Positions 61,801 to 64,000 of a stretch of DNA of 64,000 nt are shown in pieces. The stretch is taken from assembly GCA_043228905.1 (NCBI GenBank), contig JBHGNT010000018.1, forward strand, positions 15,066,001 to 15,130,000. The letters run 5' to 3'. Numbering within the stretch: position 1 is the stretch's first letter; every line of letters starts with the position of its first letter. The stretch is from Azolla caroliniana (taxonomy: Eukaryota > Plantae > Polypodiophyta). The translations under genes and the position numbers were made by a program. The notes under the pieces are model-generated. The model worked only from the letters and a program-made list of their open reading frames with translations. It had not been told where the DNA came from and did no database searches.

Positions 61801-64000
61801 TGGTTTTATGCAAGAGAGAAGTATTTTTGATAACATTATTCTCTTTTGGGAAATGGTTGCCTTTGCGGAATTGCATAAGCAAGATTTAGCGGTGTTATTT
61901 CTTGATTTTGAAAAGGCTTATTACAGAGTGGACTGGGATTTTCTGGAGGGAACATTGGTTAGGATGGGTTTCCCAAACACATGGATACGAGGAGTATCAG
62001 CATTATATCGTAATGCGTATAGCTCTCTTTTATTTGCAGGGGATGTTGATAGGAGATTCCCGATCTCAATATTAGTAAGACAGGGATGTCCACTTCCTCC
62101 TTTCCTGTTTTTATTAGTATCTTAAACATTTTCTGTACATCTAAATTCTCAATATGTAAATATTAAAGGGTTAGCACTACCATTGTCATATGCTACTGTG
62201 GATAGCGAGTTTGCTGATGACACAACTTTATATGTTTAGGCCTCACGATTAAATTTGGCACATGTGCAAAAGGCTGTGGATGATTTTTCAGATGTGTCGG
62301 GTACATTGATAAATTGGGAGAAGTCATCAGGTTTTTTGGTTGCTCCGGGAGATCTGCTAGTTAATGTGCCTTCTTCAGGATTCACATGGATACCTCAAGG
62401 TCAACCCATTAGGTATTTAGGCTGTAGAGTGGGCTTGGGATTAAAGGCAGAGGATATGGTTGCACCCATGTTATTAAGATTAAGGAATAAGCTAATATAC
62501 TGGAATAAGGAAAAGCTATCCTTAGCAGGACGTATAGTTGTAGCTAATTTGATGCTTTTGTCCTCGATTTGGTATATAGCATCTACATGACTATTTTCGA
62601 GGACAATAATGCTTAAAGTTCAACGCCTAATACGGAATTTTATTTGGGGGAACAATGTGTCTGACAATTCGGTAGCAAAGGTCGCTTGGACGGTTCTTAT
62701 ACAATCTAAGCGGAAAGGAGGTCTAGGTTTGATTGATCCTTTTATGCAAAGTAAAGCCTTACTTTCTAAACATGTTGTTAGGAGTTTATTGCCAGGAGAG
62801 GAGTTATGGAAAAAGCTATGGATTCGGCATTTACATAACGTCAAGCCATCAATGGAACGATAGTCTAATGTTGTATCCTGACGTTTTTTTAATGGAATAT
62901 TTCTGGCATGGGAAATTATTCGTCAAGCACTTGTTTTCTTGCCACCGAAAACTTATACTCAATTCATGTGTCAACCTTTGGTATGAAACCCTTTATTTAC
63001 GGATGAAACTGCATGTGTGTTGGGTCTATGACCTAGGTTATCTTGGGCTGCAATGGACAATGGTCCAGCCCGTACAGTTGAGGATTGGATAAACTTTTTG
63101 CAGACATCGGCTCATGACCGAAAGAATAGGTTGTCTAGTTTAAGAGGGGCAAACATAATGGTAGATCAATTGTCCATGGTGTATCAGGTCACAATACCAA
63201 CTTTGCAGCTCGATCATTTTCAAAGTTGGTACGGTATGTTTTTGACACTTATTATACTTATAGGTGCTCGTTTATATCATCAAAATGGCAGCCTTCACTT
63301 CTATGAAGTGTTGGATAATGGTAGGTTGGTATTAGTAGATGACGAGTCTCCAATTATGTTTGCTGTGAAGCAGTTACTAGTGTGAGTAATTGCTAGATTG
63401 GATAAAAAATTGTTTATTGACCCTAGTCCCATAATTGCTAACTATGCATCTCATATTTGGGTTTTACACTCTAGACCACTTGTTGATCTGCAGTGGGATC
63501 CTCCAGATTATGGTTGGAAATTGTCCATGCCTAATAATTCCATTAAGGTTCTCCCATTCTTCACATATTCGGTGGCATTCGGGAGAAACTTTATGTTGAG
63601 TCAGATTGAGCCAGTACTTGTGGGAAAAAAGTATTGGGAGGAAGGTAATGTATCATCTACTCATATGATGATGTTTTGGAAACAGTTTTGGTCAATTAAA
63701 TGTATGAACAAGATATTACACTTTCGTTGGTTGATGATTCATTATGCGTTGCCAGTAGGTGATTTGATGAGGGGATCTGTAGCTAATCGGTCATATGTTA
63801 TGTGTGGTTATGTATGTGAGTCATTGCATCATGTATTTTGGGAATGTGTTGTCGCAAATTTTTTTTGGTTTAGAATGCTTAGGCTACTAGGTCGTAAGTA
63901 TAGGTCGGGGATTTTTACGTGGGGTGCAGTCTTATGGGGAAGGTTAGATCAACAAATGACTTTCTATCATCATCATTCTTCTTCTTTGTCATTACGTGTC
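58810..64000 (+). mobile_element. Degenerate near-full-length L1-like LINE (ORF1 + ORF2) running off the window
   Basis: ORF1 is DUF4283-like with a CCHC knuckle near 59440. ORF2 has EN (ISWNVRGL, NIYAPN, GDFN, RLDRFY, SDH), RT (WRPITLLN, LDFEKAY, RQGCPL, FADD, RYLG) and zf-RVT near 63700-63870. Many stops. Confidence 0.93.

Overview
Eukaryotic, transposon-rich plant nuclear DNA. An apparently intact SPAG17/PF6-like flagellar central-pair gene suggests a lineage with flagellated sperm (a fern is plausible; inference). The left third holds microsatellites, decayed repeats and that minus-strand gene (about 19 exons, 7877-21986, about 1,690 aa by manual splicing). The right two-thirds is a nested retrotransposon pile-up. 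(1) A 5-unit tandem array of about 720-bp Gypsy-type LTR sequence sits next to a LINE remnant. Its third unit is interrupted by a Copia (TSD CCTCT), which is itself interrupted by an intact sister Copia with identical-looking LTRs (TSD TACGG). (2) An orphan LTR+PBS is followed by a degenerate Copia carrying a hAT-type MITE, then an RTE/RTEX-like LINE. (3) A second degenerate Copia hosts an RT-less Gypsy derivative with two different LTR types in an inverted, chimeric layout (4-bp TSD CCGT, tRNA-Trp PBS). (4) A degenerate L1-like LINE runs off the right end. The two most unusual signals are an antisense tRNA-derived A-box/B-box (Pol III promoter-like) module in the U3 of all three LTR variants of this Gypsy group, and the two-LTR inverted architecture at 47517-53949. 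All alignments and exon boundaries were done by eye.
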